64,000 nucleotides of DNA from an uncultured Actinomycetes bacterium. GTDB taxonomy: Bacteria; Actinomycetota; Thermoleophilia; UBA2241. Location of the stretch: the NCBI GenBank assembly GCA_963767005.1, contig CAVYCN010000007.1:32001-96000 (forward strand). The letters run 5' to 3'. This document shows, one piece after another, positions 51,223-60,662 of this stretch (position 1 is the stretch's first letter; every line of letters begins with the position of its first letter). Under the pieces are notes generated by a model. The model saw only the letters and a program-made list of their open reading frames with translations. It was not told the origin of the DNA and made no database searches. Both the position numbers and the translations under genes were made by a program.

Positions 51223-51248
51223 CTACCCACGGCCCGTGGCCGTCTAAC
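51223..51248 (-). promoter_or_regulatory. SigB/SigF-type promoter candidate for hsp20-lon
   Basis: Minus strand GTTA-N16-GGGTAG. Confidence 0.45.
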
Positions 51249-51350
51249 GGCGCCCGGGCGCAAGCGGCGACGGCCAGAGTCTATCAGGGGCGCTCCACGG
51301 CGACGGACGATGGGCACCGCGGTCGCATGGCGGCCGGAGCGTCGCTCGGG

Positions 51351-52208
51351 TCAGCCGACGGCGCGCGACGGCCGATCGGCGGCAAGGCCGGTGAGCCGTT
51401 CGCTGACCTGCCAGAAGGCGCCCTGCAGCTCGCGGTCGTAACTGGCCGCCGACGAGGTCGTCGGGCGCTCGTCGGCGTAGTAGCCGCCGGTCACGGCGGC
51501 GACCTCGGGCGAGCTTGCGAGGTAGACCGCGGTGCGGGCGCCCTCGACCGGGGCCGCGCCACCCGAGGAACGAAAGCCGGCGTGCAGCAGCTTGGTCGAC
51601 ACGGCGCCGGGGTGCAGCGCGTTCACCGTCACGCCGGTGCCCTCCAGCCGCCTGGCGAGCTCGTAGGCGAAGAGCAGGTTGCCGAGCTTCGAGAGGCCGT
51701 AGGCGGCGGTGCCGTCGTAGTGGCGCGCCCCCTGCAGGTCGCGCAGGTCGACGGCGGCCCGCTGGTGGACGCCCGAGCTCACCACGACGATCCGCGAGGG
51801 CGCCGCGGCGAACAGCAGGTCGAGCAGCAGGTTCGTGAGCAGGAAGGGCGCCAGATGGTTGACCTGGAAGGTCGTCTCGAGACCATCCTCGGTGAGGTGG
51901 CGCCGCGCCTGCCAGACGCCAGCGTTGTCGACCAGCACGTGCAGACGGTCGGTGCGGCGCTGCACCTCCGCGGCGAGCGCCCGCACCTGCCGCAGCGACT
52001 GGAAGTCGGCGAGCACGACTTCGAGCTCGTCGCTGCCGGTCGAGAAGGCGATGTAGCGCCGCGTCGCCTCGGCGCGGCGCACGTCGCGCCCGTGCAGGAG
52101 CAGGCGCGCGCCGCGCGCCGCCAGCTCGCGCGCCACCTCCTGGCCGATGCCGTCGGTCGCCCCGGTGACCAGCACCGTGCGGCCCTTGAGACTCGTGTCC
52201 TCGCTCAC
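51351..52208 (-). CDS. SDR family oxidoreductase (retinol dehydrogenase-like)
   Basis: TGATDGIG, DNAG, VNHLAPF, YGLSK, HPGAVST; SD GGAGG-like GAGG. Confidence 0.93.
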   Translation of the reverse strand: MSEDTSLKGRTVLVTGATDGIGQEVARELAARGARLLLHGRDVRRAEATRRYIAFSTGSDELEVVLADFQSLRQVRALAAEVQRRTDRLHVLVDNAGVWQARRHLTEDGLETTFQVNHLAPFLLTNLLLDLLFAAAPSRIVVVSSGVHQRAAVDLRDLQGARHYDGTAAYGLSKLGNLLFAYELARRLEGTGVTVNALHPGAVSTKLLHAGFRSSGGAAPVEGARTAVYLASSPEVAAVTGGYYADERPTTSSAASYDRELQGAFWQVSERLTGLAADRPSRAVG

Positions 52209-52748
52209 GTCCGCCTCGCTCGATCCGCAGCGCCGTCGTACTGCCCGGCGCGGCCTCGCCACCGTCTCGGTCGACGGTGCCCGCGGCGCGCGACCGGCAA
52301 ACGGGGGCGCGCTCAAAGACCGGCGGCCGGCAGAAGGCAGCGGGGTCCTGCCTTGCGCCGGAGCCTGCCCGACCGGCCGCCGCAGCCACGCGGCGGGGCA
52401 GCCGCACCCTCGGGAACGTCCACGTGCTCCGGACGCCATGGTGATCCACACCGCGCCGTCGTCATCGGGACAGCGGCGGCCGCCAGTGCTTGACTCAGGC
52501 TGTGCCGAGCGCGGGCGGCGCGCCGCCACGTGCGCCGCCCCGCGGCAAGGTCACCAGGCTGGCAGGGGGTGGGCGGAGGGGCCGCGGGGCACCGTGACGG
52601 TGCGCCGGCTCGGCTGTGGCGGCGGGCGGCGCATGCGCGCCGCCCGCCGCCGGGTCTCCCACGCGACCGGGCCGAGCGGCCGAGCCTGCCGGCCGCACCT
52701 CCCGCCGCGCGGGCTGGCAATGTCCCCCGGACGCGGTACGATAGTCGG

Positions 52749-54677
52749 GTGCAGTTAGCGTTCACGACTGTCCACGAGCTGGTGGCTCTCCTCGAGCAGG
52801 CCGGCGAACCCCTCGATTACCGCGAGGTCTGGCCACGCCTCTTCCCCGTGGCCAACTGCCCACCCGAGCTCATGCGCGCGCTGGTCTCCGACATCGTGCG
52901 CGACGACGAGCGCCTGGCGTGGGATGGCCCCTTCCACGTCGGGCTCGAAGCCTGGCGCGCGCAGCGCCGCGACCTGGCCGACGTCGCCTTCACCGTCGTC
53001 GATCTCGAGACCACCGGCGGCACGCCGGGCTTCACCAAGATCACCGAGATCGGCGCCGTGCGGCTCGAGGGCGGCCGCCAGGTGGCGACTTTCTCGCAGC
53101 TCGTCGACCCCCGCCAGGCGGTGCCGCCCAAGATCACCGACATCACCGGCATCACCGCCGAGATGCTGCACGGCCAGCCCACGATCGAAGAGGTGCTGCC
53201 GCGCTTTCTCGACTTCTCGGCCGGCTCGGTGCTGGTCGCCCACAACGCGCGCTTCGACCTGGGCTTCCTCGACTACGAGCTGGGCGTGCTCATGCGCCAG
53301 ACGTTCCCGCGCCCGACGCTCGACACGCTGCGCCTCGCGCGCCGCCTGCTGCCGCCGATGCGCTGCTCGCTGGCCGCGCTCGCGGAGCGCTTCGACACGG
53401 CGGCCAAGCCCCGCCACCGCGCCCTCGACGACGCCCTCGCCACGGGCGAGATCCTGCTGTTGCTGCTCGCCATGGCCCAGGAGCAGGGCGTCACCACGCT
53501 CGAAGAGGTCGTGCGGCTGTGCGAGCCGGGCGCCCGGCGCAACTACCACAAGATCGTGCTCACCGAGCCCCTGCCCACGCGGCCCGGCGTCTACATCATG
53601 CGCGACGCCCGCGGCCGCGAGCTCTACATCGGCAAGGCCGACAACCTGCGCCGCCGGACGCGAGACCATTTTCTGCAGCGCCAGGCCTACGGCGCCCGCC
53701 AGGCGCTCGAGCTGCTCGACCACTTCGACGTGCTCGAGACGGGCTCCGAGTTCGCCGCGCTGCTGCTCGAGTCGCGCCTGATCGCCAAGCACCGTCCGCC
53801 CTACAACCAGCAGGGCACCCGGGTCTCGAGCTACCACTACGTCAAGCTGACGACCGACCCGTACCCGCGCCTCTACGCCACGCCGAACCGGCGCGACGAC
53901 GGCGCCCTCTACGCCGGCCCCTTCCGCCGCGCGAGCTTCGCCCGCCGCCTGGTCGACCTGCTGAACTCGATCTATCCGCTGCGCACCTGCGTGCGCCTGC
54001 GCGACGCCGCCGACACCGCCCGCGCCTGCCTGCGCCACGACATCGGCGCCTGCCTCGCACCTTGTCGCGGCAAGCTGAACGGCGAGTACCACGAGATCGT
54101 CGCCCAGGTGGAGCGGGTGCTCGAGGGCGACGGCCGCGAGCTCGGCACCGAGCTCGACCGCCGCCAGGCCGCGCTCGTCGCCGAGCTCGCCTTCGAGCAG
54201 GCCGCGCGCCTGCAGTCGGGGCGCGAGACGCTCGAGCAGGGGCTGCGTACGATCGGCCGCCTGCACACCGCCTCGCGCACCTGGGCCCTGCTGATCTACC
54301 CGTCCCGCCAGCCGGGCCGGGCGACCGTCTACAGCGTGGCCGCGGGCAGCATCGTCGACGAGACCGCGCTGCGCCCGGCCGACTTCTTGCCCGAGGTCGC
54401 CCGCGACCTCGTGGCGCGGCTCTACACGGCCGTCCCGCCGCGGCCCCCCCTGCCGACCGACACGATCGATGAGATCCTGCTCGTGTCGAGCTGGCTGCGA
54501 CGTCACCGTGCGGCCGCCAACGTCGTCATGCTGCCCGCCCCCCACGCGTCCGCGACACTCCGCGACGACGCCGCCGACGAGCTGCTCCAGCGCCTGCCAC
54601 TGTGCATCGGCACGCGCGACGAGTCCGGCGCGGCGGCCGGCCTCGAGGAGCTCGCCCTGCCGACCGGCCGCCGCTGA
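52749..54677 (+). CDS. DEDDh (DnaQ-like) exonuclease fused to a UvrC-like GIY-YIG domain, with extra N-terminal domain
   Basis: VVDLETTG, VAHNARFD, HRALDDA, LPTRPGVY..LYIGKA, PPYN, C..CL..CLAPC, LAFEQAA; -10 TACGAT 6 nt before GTG (leaderless). Confidence 0.92.
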   Translation: MQLAFTTVHELVALLEQAGEPLDYREVWPRLFPVANCPPELMRALVSDIVRDDERLAWDGPFHVGLEAWRAQRRDLADVAFTVVDLETTGGTPGFTKITEIGAVRLEGGRQVATFSQLVDPRQAVPPKITDITGITAEMLHGQPTIEEVLPRFLDFSAGSVLVAHNARFDLGFLDYELGVLMRQTFPRPTLDTLRLARRLLPPMRCSLAALAERFDTAAKPRHRALDDALATGEILLLLLAMAQEQGVTTLEEVVRLCEPGARRNYHKIVLTEPLPTRPGVYIMRDARGRELYIGKADNLRRRTRDHFLQRQAYGARQALELLDHFDVLETGSEFAALLLESRLIAKHRPPYNQQGTRVSSYHYVKLTTDPYPRLYATPNRRDDGALYAGPFRRASFARRLVDLLNSIYPLRTCVRLRDAADTARACLRHDIGACLAPCRGKLNGEYHEIVAQVERVLEGDGRELGTELDRRQAALVAELAFEQAARLQSGRETLEQGLRTIGRLHTASRTWALLIYPSRQPGRATVYSVAAGSIVDETALRPADFLPEVARDLVARLYTAVPPRPPLPTDTIDEILLVSSWLRRHRAAANVVMLPAPHASATLRDDAADELLQRLPLCIGTRDESGAAAGLEELALPTGRR

Positions 54678-54799
54678 CCCGAGCCTCCAGGGTGGTGACC
54701 TCGAGCGGCTCGCGGCCGTGCCCGCCGACGTGAGGCCGGCGGGCACGCGGAACGGCGACCACCTGGTGCCCGCCGCATTGTCTCTCGTCATCGTCAACC

Positions 54800-54828
54800 T
54801 TGACACGAACGTACGTTCGTCCTACGCT
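54800..54828 (+). promoter_or_regulatory. Sigma-70 promoter with LexA (SOS) box
   Basis: TTGACA-N17-TACGCT with CGAACGTACGTTCG at 54806-19. Confidence 0.88.
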
Positions 54829-54884
54829 GCGTCGGCACGACCGAGAGCCGTACGGCATCACCGGCGACGACGCGAGCTGCAAGC

Positions 54885-55136
54885 GTGGCAACCGACCTTC
54901 CCGCCCCCATCACGGTCTTCTGGCGACCTCTCTCCCGCGCCCCGCGGGCCTTCGTCTGGCAAAGGCGGCGCTGGCGAGTCGAGCGTGTCCTGCAACGCTG
55001 GGCCGTCGACACCGGCTGGTGGAACGACGACGTGCGCGTCGATCGCCGCTACTTCCGCGTGATGGCCGACAACCGCCTCTTCGACATCTATCTCGACCGG
55101 GTCCGCAAGCGCTGGTTCCTCGAGCGCCTGCCGTAG
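54885..55136 (+). CDS. DUF6504 family protein (ImuB C-terminal-like)
   Basis: PRAFVW..RWRVERVLQRW..DTGWW..RRYFRV..FDIY..WFLERL. Confidence 0.85.
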   Translation: MATDLPAPITVFWRPLSRAPRAFVWQRRRWRVERVLQRWAVDTGWWNDDVRVDRRYFRVMADNRLFDIYLDRVRKRWFLERLP

Positions 55137-55291
55137 GCGCCCGAGCCGCCGACGAGCGGGAGCCGCCAACCCTGCGAGGGCCCAGGCGACCGCCGCCCGC
55201 CGACACGCCGGTGGAAGGAACGCCGCTTCGCCCGGTCGAATCACCGGCATGGTAGTATGCCCAGGCTCGAAGCAGCGGCCCGGAGGTGTCC

Positions 55292-56044
55292 ATGGCGGCT
55301 GATAGCCGAGAGCAGACGAGCGGCCCGTCGGGCGGCCCGAGGCAGCGCGGCCGCCGACGGCTCATCGCGCTGGTGCTCGTCGCCATCGTGGCCGCGGCGA
55401 CCGTCTACCTCGCTCTCAGACCCCGACCGCCGGCGCTCGACCGAGTCGACCGGATGGGCATCGCCGCCGCGATCGAGGCGAAGTGGGTCGCCGAAGGCCA
55501 GGTCCTGCCGCGGCGCTACGCCCAGGCGCATACCCCCATCCCCCAGGCGGTGCTCGACCGCATCCAGACGCGCTACCTGACGGCGCTGCGCGCCGTGGTG
55601 ACCCCCGAGTTCCTGGCACGTCGCTGGGCCGTGCTCGACTTGCGCAGGATCCTCTCCCGCCCGCGCAGCGACGGCGTGCTTATCCTCAGCAACGACTTCA
55701 GAGTGATGAGTGTCACGCCCCAGCGTCGGCTCGCGAACGGCGACCTCGTGGTCTGGGCGAAGGTCTGGGGCGGCAACGTCTTGCTCATGTACTCGAGTGG
55801 CAAGTGGGGCATCGGCGAGTCGGGGGTCGCAAGGGTCGACGACACGCCCGTATGGCAGTACCAGATGCGCAAGGTCGCGGGCCGCTGGCGGATCGTCTCC
55901 GAAAGCCTCGTGTTCAACTCCGAGGACGACTCGCCCGCCTACGGACCCAACACGAAGCACTGGGTGGCCGAGCAGAAGCTGACCAAGGGTGACGAGGGGC
56001 TGTACCTCGGCTCGCCATCGCCCGAGCCGCCGCCGTCCACATGA
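55292..56044 (+). CDS. Hypothetical single-pass membrane/exported protein
   Basis: RRR followed by a hydrophobic anchor; SD GGAGG; C-terminal GRWRIVSE. Confidence 0.65.
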   Translation: MAADSREQTSGPSGGPRQRGRRRLIALVLVAIVAAATVYLALRPRPPALDRVDRMGIAAAIEAKWVAEGQVLPRRYAQAHTPIPQAVLDRIQTRYLTALRAVVTPEFLARRWAVLDLRRILSRPRSDGVLILSNDFRVMSVTPQRRLANGDLVVWAKVWGGNVLLMYSSGKWGIGESGVARVDDTPVWQYQMRKVAGRWRIVSESLVFNSEDDSPAYGPNTKHWVAEQKLTKGDEGLYLGSPSPEPPPST

Positions 56045-56208
56045 GCCGCCGACCCGGGCCGCCGCCGTCCGCCTGAGCCGCTGACCTTCACGACGCTGTC
56101 TGGACGTCCCTGAGGTCGACCCGCGCGGCCAGCGCACCGTCGGGCGACGCGCCGGGGCACCGGTTGTAGCATTGGCAGACCCGAAGACGACCCAGGAAGG
56201 CGCTCCCC

Positions 56209-57801
56209 ATGACCCCTGACGGCGTGCTGTGGCCCGACGAAGCGATCGAGGCGATGAGCCGCGCGGCGCGCGAGATCCTCGCCCGCGTCGGCGTGAAGGT
56301 CGACTCGAGCGACGCGGTGCGCGCGCTCGAGGCGGCGGGCTGCGCGCCCGGCCAGGCCGGGCGCGTGCTCATGCCCGCCGCCGTCGTCGAGCGCGCGCTG
56401 GCCGCCGTGCCGCCGGCCTTCACGCTGCTCGCCCGCGACCCGGCCGGGGCGCTGCCCGTGTCGCCGGCGCCGACCGCCACCTTCGTCCACAACAGCGGCG
56501 AAGACCCCAACGTCGCCGACCCGCTGAGCGGCGTGAACCGGCCGGCCACCATCGTCGACCAGCGCCTCGCGGCCCGCGTCATGCACCGGCTGCGCTACCC
56601 GCAGAGCGTCAACTCGCTGTTCTGGCCCTCCGACGTACCGCCCGACCTGCAGCCGCTCTACTCCTACCTCGCCCTCGCCCTCGAGACCGACAAGCATCTG
56701 GGCTCGCCCTGCGTCGACTACGGCTGGCAGGTCGCGCCGCTCGTCGCCATGGCCGACGCGGTCGTCGCCGCCGGTCGCACCCAGAGCGGCGCCGGCGCGA
56801 GCGGCGGCCCTGCGGACGACACGACCGGCGCCGACCAGGCGGCCGGCGCGATCGTCGGCCCCGCCGTCGCCCTCGACGTGTCGTTCTCGCCGGTCAGCCC
56901 GCTGCACCTGCCGGCCGACGTCTGCGGCGGCCTGATCGCGGCCGCCGCATGCGGCGCCGCCGTCATGGTCCTGCCCTGCCCCATGGGCGGCACTACGGCG
57001 CCGGCCTCGCTGGCCGGCGGCCTCGCCCAGCAGCACGCCGAGGTGCTCGCCGGCGTCGTCCTGATCCAGACCCTGCGGCCCGGCGCGCCCTGCGTCGCCG
57101 GCGTGCGGCTGGGCCCGGCCCACCCTCGCACCGGCGGCTACCTCGGCGGCGCGCCCGAGGGCGCCGTCGTCTCGCTCGGCGCCACGCAGCTCGCCCGCCG
57201 CGACGGCCTGGCCTGCGACTGCTACGGGCCCACGACCGGCTCGCCGGTCCTCGACCTGCAGGCGGGCCTCGACCACGCCCTCACGCTCACCCTGAGCGCC
57301 CTGGCTCAGCCGCGCTTCCTGTCGGGCTGTGGCACGATGCAGGGCACGGCGACTTGCCTCGAGGCGCTCGTCGTCCACGACCAGCTCTTCGCCGCGCTCT
57401 TCAACGGACTCACTCCGCGGCCGTGCGACGACGAGGCGCTCGCGGTCGACGTCGTGGCCGACGCCGTCCTGTCCGGCAAGGGCTTCCTGGGCTCGAGCCA
57501 CACGCGGCGCCACCTGCGCCGCGACGTCGAGCAGCCGCTGCTGGGCTTTCGCGGCGGCATCGACGAGTGGCTCGCCTCGGGTCGCACGAGCCTGGTCGAC
57601 GAGGCTCGCGAGCGCGTCGCCGAGCTCGTCGCCGCGGCCCCGCTCGGCCTGCCCGACGACGTCGCAGCCGAGCTCTGCCGCGTGATCGACGACACCGCCC
57701 GGGCGCGGAGCCTCGGGTCGTGGCCCGATCCGCGCCGCCTGCTGGTCGAGCCGAGCCCCGCCCGGCGAGATCAGGCAGGCGCCGACGTCACGCCGGCCTG
57801 A
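56209..57801 (+). CDS. Trimethylamine:corrinoid methyltransferase (MttB) superfamily protein, no pyrrolysine
   Basis: ILARVGV, VPPAFTLLARDP, SPVSPL, MGGTTAPASLAG.LAQQHAEVLAG..Q..RPGAP, DLQAG, KGFL..HT; no in-frame TAG. Confidence 0.88.
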   Translation: MTPDGVLWPDEAIEAMSRAAREILARVGVKVDSSDAVRALEAAGCAPGQAGRVLMPAAVVERALAAVPPAFTLLARDPAGALPVSPAPTATFVHNSGEDPNVADPLSGVNRPATIVDQRLAARVMHRLRYPQSVNSLFWPSDVPPDLQPLYSYLALALETDKHLGSPCVDYGWQVAPLVAMADAVVAAGRTQSGAGASGGPADDTTGADQAAGAIVGPAVALDVSFSPVSPLHLPADVCGGLIAAAACGAAVMVLPCPMGGTTAPASLAGGLAQQHAEVLAGVVLIQTLRPGAPCVAGVRLGPAHPRTGGYLGGAPEGAVVSLGATQLARRDGLACDCYGPTTGSPVLDLQAGLDHALTLTLSALAQPRFLSGCGTMQGTATCLEALVVHDQLFAALFNGLTPRPCDDEALAVDVVADAVLSGKGFLGSSHTRRHLRRDVEQPLLGFRGGIDEWLASGRTSLVDEARERVAELVAAAPLGLPDDVAAELCRVIDDTARARSLGSWPDPRRLLVEPSPARRDQAGADVTPA

Positions 57802-57828
57802 GCGCCGACGCCGCCGGCGCTCGGCGGC

Positions 57829-58248
57829 TCACCCGGTCACCCGCACCACCACGCGCCAGGCGATCGCCAGGCCGGCGAGGGCCATCGCCGCCAGGGCGAC
57901 GATCGCCTGCTCGTCCACGACCCGACGGAAGCGCGCCCCATCGCCCCGCACCTCGATGAAGCCGACCGGCGCCACGGCCACGCCACCGCCACCGCCGCCG
58001 CCCTCCGGTCCGGGCGGCCGCTCAGCCAGCGCCTCGCCGGCCCTGGCGGGCGGATGACCGCCGCCCCCGCCGAAGCCCCAGCGCGCTTTCGCCACGGGGA
58101 TGACGGTGACGTCGCCGCGCTCCACCGGCGCTCCGAACACCGCCGTGGCGTGGGCGCTCGAGCCGAGCTTGTCGGCCAGGCGCTCCACGAGACGCACCGG
58201 CGGTGGCGGTGGCGGGCCGATCGGTGCCGCGCTGCTCGCTGCTTCCAT
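57829..58248 (-). CDS. YtfJ/GerW family protein
   Basis: VFGAPVERGDVTVIPVA..GFGGGGG..GGGGG..PVGFI; SD GGAGG. Confidence 0.88.
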   Translation of the reverse strand: MEAASSAAPIGPPPPPPVRLVERLADKLGSSAHATAVFGAPVERGDVTVIPVAKARWGFGGGGGHPPARAGEALAERPPGPEGGGGGGGVAVAPVGFIEVRGDGARFRRVVDEQAIVALAAMALAGLAIAWRVVVRVTG

Positions 58249-58406
58249 GGATGCCTCCCACCCATTGCCTTCCAGCCGTCGTACAGAGAAGATCGACCGG
58301 TCGGCGAGCCGCCATGCCGTTCGTCTGGCCGGCAGGCCGCGGGTTTCCCGACGGTCGCGAAACGGCAACAGTACTCGCGACGGCGACACGAAAAGGGTGG
58401 TGGCGC

Positions 58407-59168
58407 GTGGAGAGTGACGGCAGGACGAGCATTGCTGCATCTCGTTTCGACGCCGTCGTGTTCGACATGGACGGCGTCGTCACGCAGACCGCGACCGTGC
58501 ACGCCGCTGCCTGGAAGGCGCTCTTCGACGGCTATCTCAAGGAGCGCTCGGCGCGCACCGGCGAGCCTTTCAAGCCGTTCGACGTCGAGGCCGACTACCT
58601 GCCGTACGTCGACGGCAAGCCGCGCTACGACGGCGTGCGCGACTTCCTGGCCTCGCGCGGCGTCACGCTGCCGTGGGGCACTCCCTCCGACACCCCGGAC
58701 ACCGAGACCGTCTGCGGCCTGGGCAACCGCAAGAACGACTTCTTCCTGCGTGAGGTCGCCGAACACGGCGTGCAGGCCTTCCCCACCACGGTCACCCTGA
58801 TCCGCCGGCTCCACGAGGCCGGCGTCGAGACGGCCATCATCTCGGCGAGCAAGAACACGACCGCCATCCTGCAGGCCGCGGGCGTGGCCGACCTGTTCGC
58901 CGCCCAGGTCGACGGCGCGGTGGCCGAGCAGCGCGGGCTGCGCGGCAAGCCCGACCCGGCGGTGTTCGTCGAGGCGGCCCGCGAGCTCGGGGTGGTGCCG
59001 CCGCGAGCCGTCGTCGTCGAAGACGCCGAGGCTGGGGTCGAAGCCGGCCACAGGGGCGGCTTCGGCCTCGTGATCGGCGTCGACCGCGCGGACCACGCCG
59101 ACGCCCTGCGCCGCCACGGCGCCGACGTGGTCGTGAAGGACCTCGGCGAGGTCACGGTCACAGGGTAG
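58407..59168 (+). CDS. Beta-phosphoglucomutase-like HAD-IA hydrolase
   Basis: FDMDGVVT, VDGKPRYDG, SASKN, GKPDP, VEDAEAGV. Confidence 0.92.
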   Translation: MESDGRTSIAASRFDAVVFDMDGVVTQTATVHAAAWKALFDGYLKERSARTGEPFKPFDVEADYLPYVDGKPRYDGVRDFLASRGVTLPWGTPSDTPDTETVCGLGNRKNDFFLREVAEHGVQAFPTTVTLIRRLHEAGVETAIISASKNTTAILQAAGVADLFAAQVDGAVAEQRGLRGKPDPAVFVEAARELGVVPPRAVVVEDAEAGVEAGHRGGFGLVIGVDRADHADALRRHGADVVVKDLGEVTVTG

Positions 59169-59223
59169 GCAGTCCGGTCCGGCGCGGGGCGGCGCGATCG
59201 GCGAGACGCCCGCCGGCGCGGGG

Positions 59224-60498
59224 TCAGGCCACGAACAGCCAGAGCGCGAAGCGCCCCGTCAGGTAGACGAGTGCGGCGCTCGATCCGATCAGCAGCACCG
59301 TGCGCAGCGTGCGACGCCGCTCGGTGGCCACGCCGAGCGACGCGAAGAGCGGGAACGCGCAGAGCACGAAGCGCGGCATCGACATGAGGGGGATCTGGGC
59401 GCGCGGCTGCAGCAGCGGCACGACGATCAGGGTGGCGGCGTAGACGGTCCAGGTGGACGGCAACCGGCGCCAGCCGACGAGCAGCGCCCACACCGCGAAG
59501 ACGAGCGCGAGGAACGAGATCAGGTTGACCACGGCGATCTCGTGCTGCACGAACGACAGCGCCTGCCCCGGGTAGGCCTGCAGCAGCGGCGCGGACCTGC
59601 CGGTCGCGATGTACCGCACGGCATACCAGGCGGCGCGGGTGGCATGCCAGACGGTGGTGACCGGCGACGTCAGCTCCCGACCCCACTCGCTCTCCTGCGT
59701 CGACCAGGCGACCGGGTCGCCGCCCACCCGCCACAGGTACAGACAGTAGCCGAGCAGACCGAGCGGCGGCAGCAGGAGCGCGGTGGCGCGCGCGCCACCG
59801 CGCCGGGCCGCCGCCTTGCCGCCGCCGAAGTAGGTCATCAGCAGGGGCACGAGCAGCAGGATGCCGGTGACCCGGGTCAGCGTGGCGAGCAGGGCGGCCA
59901 CGCCGGCCAGCACGAGCCGGTCGCGGCGCAGGAACCAGAAGCAGGCGAGCGACAGCATGAGCAGGAGCGACTCGCTGTAGACGGCCTGAAAGAAGAACGA
60001 GGTCGGAAACAGCGACAGGAAGGCGACCGCGCAGAGCGCCGCGCGGTGTCCGGCCTCGCGCTCGACCAGGCTGTAGAGCAGCAGGGCGGCGATGAGGAAG
60101 CAGACGGTCGAGACGGCGATCCCGGCGAGCTCGTACCGGTGAGCGGCAAGCAGCGCGACGGCCCGCAGCGCCAACGGGTAGAGCGGGAAGAACGTGGCGT
60201 TCTGGCCGGCGGGATAGCCGGCCACGGCGACGTGCAGGAACCAGACGCCGTCGTAGTGGGCGAGCGGGTCGAGGGTGTCGCCGAGCACGCCGTGGAAGGC
60301 CTCGGCCACCGCCGGGTAGCGCAGCGCCGGGTTGACCGCGTGAGCCGTGAACAGGCGGGTCGTCGCCAGGCACGCGGCGGCGACCAGCAGCCGCGACGCG
60401 AGCGCCACGCCGAGCGCCGCGAGCGCCCAGCGGTCGGTCAGACCGGCGATCGCGGAGCGCGATCGCGAGCGTCGTCGATGTAGGGTCTCGACCGTCAT
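59224..60498 (-). CDS. GT-C mannosyltransferase (PIG-V-like) family protein
   Basis: YDGVWF..GY, FFPLYP, FPTSFF..YSESL, TLTRVTG, SMPRFV..FP. Confidence 0.88.
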   Translation of the reverse strand: MTVETLHRRRSRSRSAIAGLTDRWALAALGVALASRLLVAAACLATTRLFTAHAVNPALRYPAVAEAFHGVLGDTLDPLAHYDGVWFLHVAVAGYPAGQNATFFPLYPLALRAVALLAAHRYELAGIAVSTVCFLIAALLLYSLVEREAGHRAALCAVAFLSLFPTSFFFQAVYSESLLLMLSLACFWFLRRDRLVLAGVAALLATLTRVTGILLLVPLLMTYFGGGKAAARRGGARATALLLPPLGLLGYCLYLWRVGGDPVAWSTQESEWGRELTSPVTTVWHATRAAWYAVRYIATGRSAPLLQAYPGQALSFVQHEIAVVNLISFLALVFAVWALLVGWRRLPSTWTVYAATLIVVPLLQPRAQIPLMSMPRFVLCAFPLFASLGVATERRRTLRTVLLIGSSAALVYLTGRFALWLFVA

Positions 60499-60590
60499 CA
60501 GCCTCGCCCCCTCTTTCGACACGAGCACGCCATCTCCTGAGTCGCACGACCACGCCGGGCGACTCGCGGGCGGTCCCGGGTTTGAACCGC

Positions 60591-60630
60591 TTGACACGAG
60601 GAAAAGATGTGTCACGATATATCGCGATAC
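60591..60630 (+). promoter_or_regulatory. Promoter with palindromic operator upstream of the padR gene
   Basis: TTGACA at 60591; imperfect palindrome GTGTCACGATA|TATCGCGATAC at 60609-30. Confidence 0.7.
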
Positions 60631-60662
60631 GTACGCGAACCATCCGACCGGTGGAGGAGATC

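Noticed and set aside
56209-57801. Pyrrolysine read-through in the mttB homologue
   Set aside because: The ORF is uninterrupted and there are no pyl genes in the window
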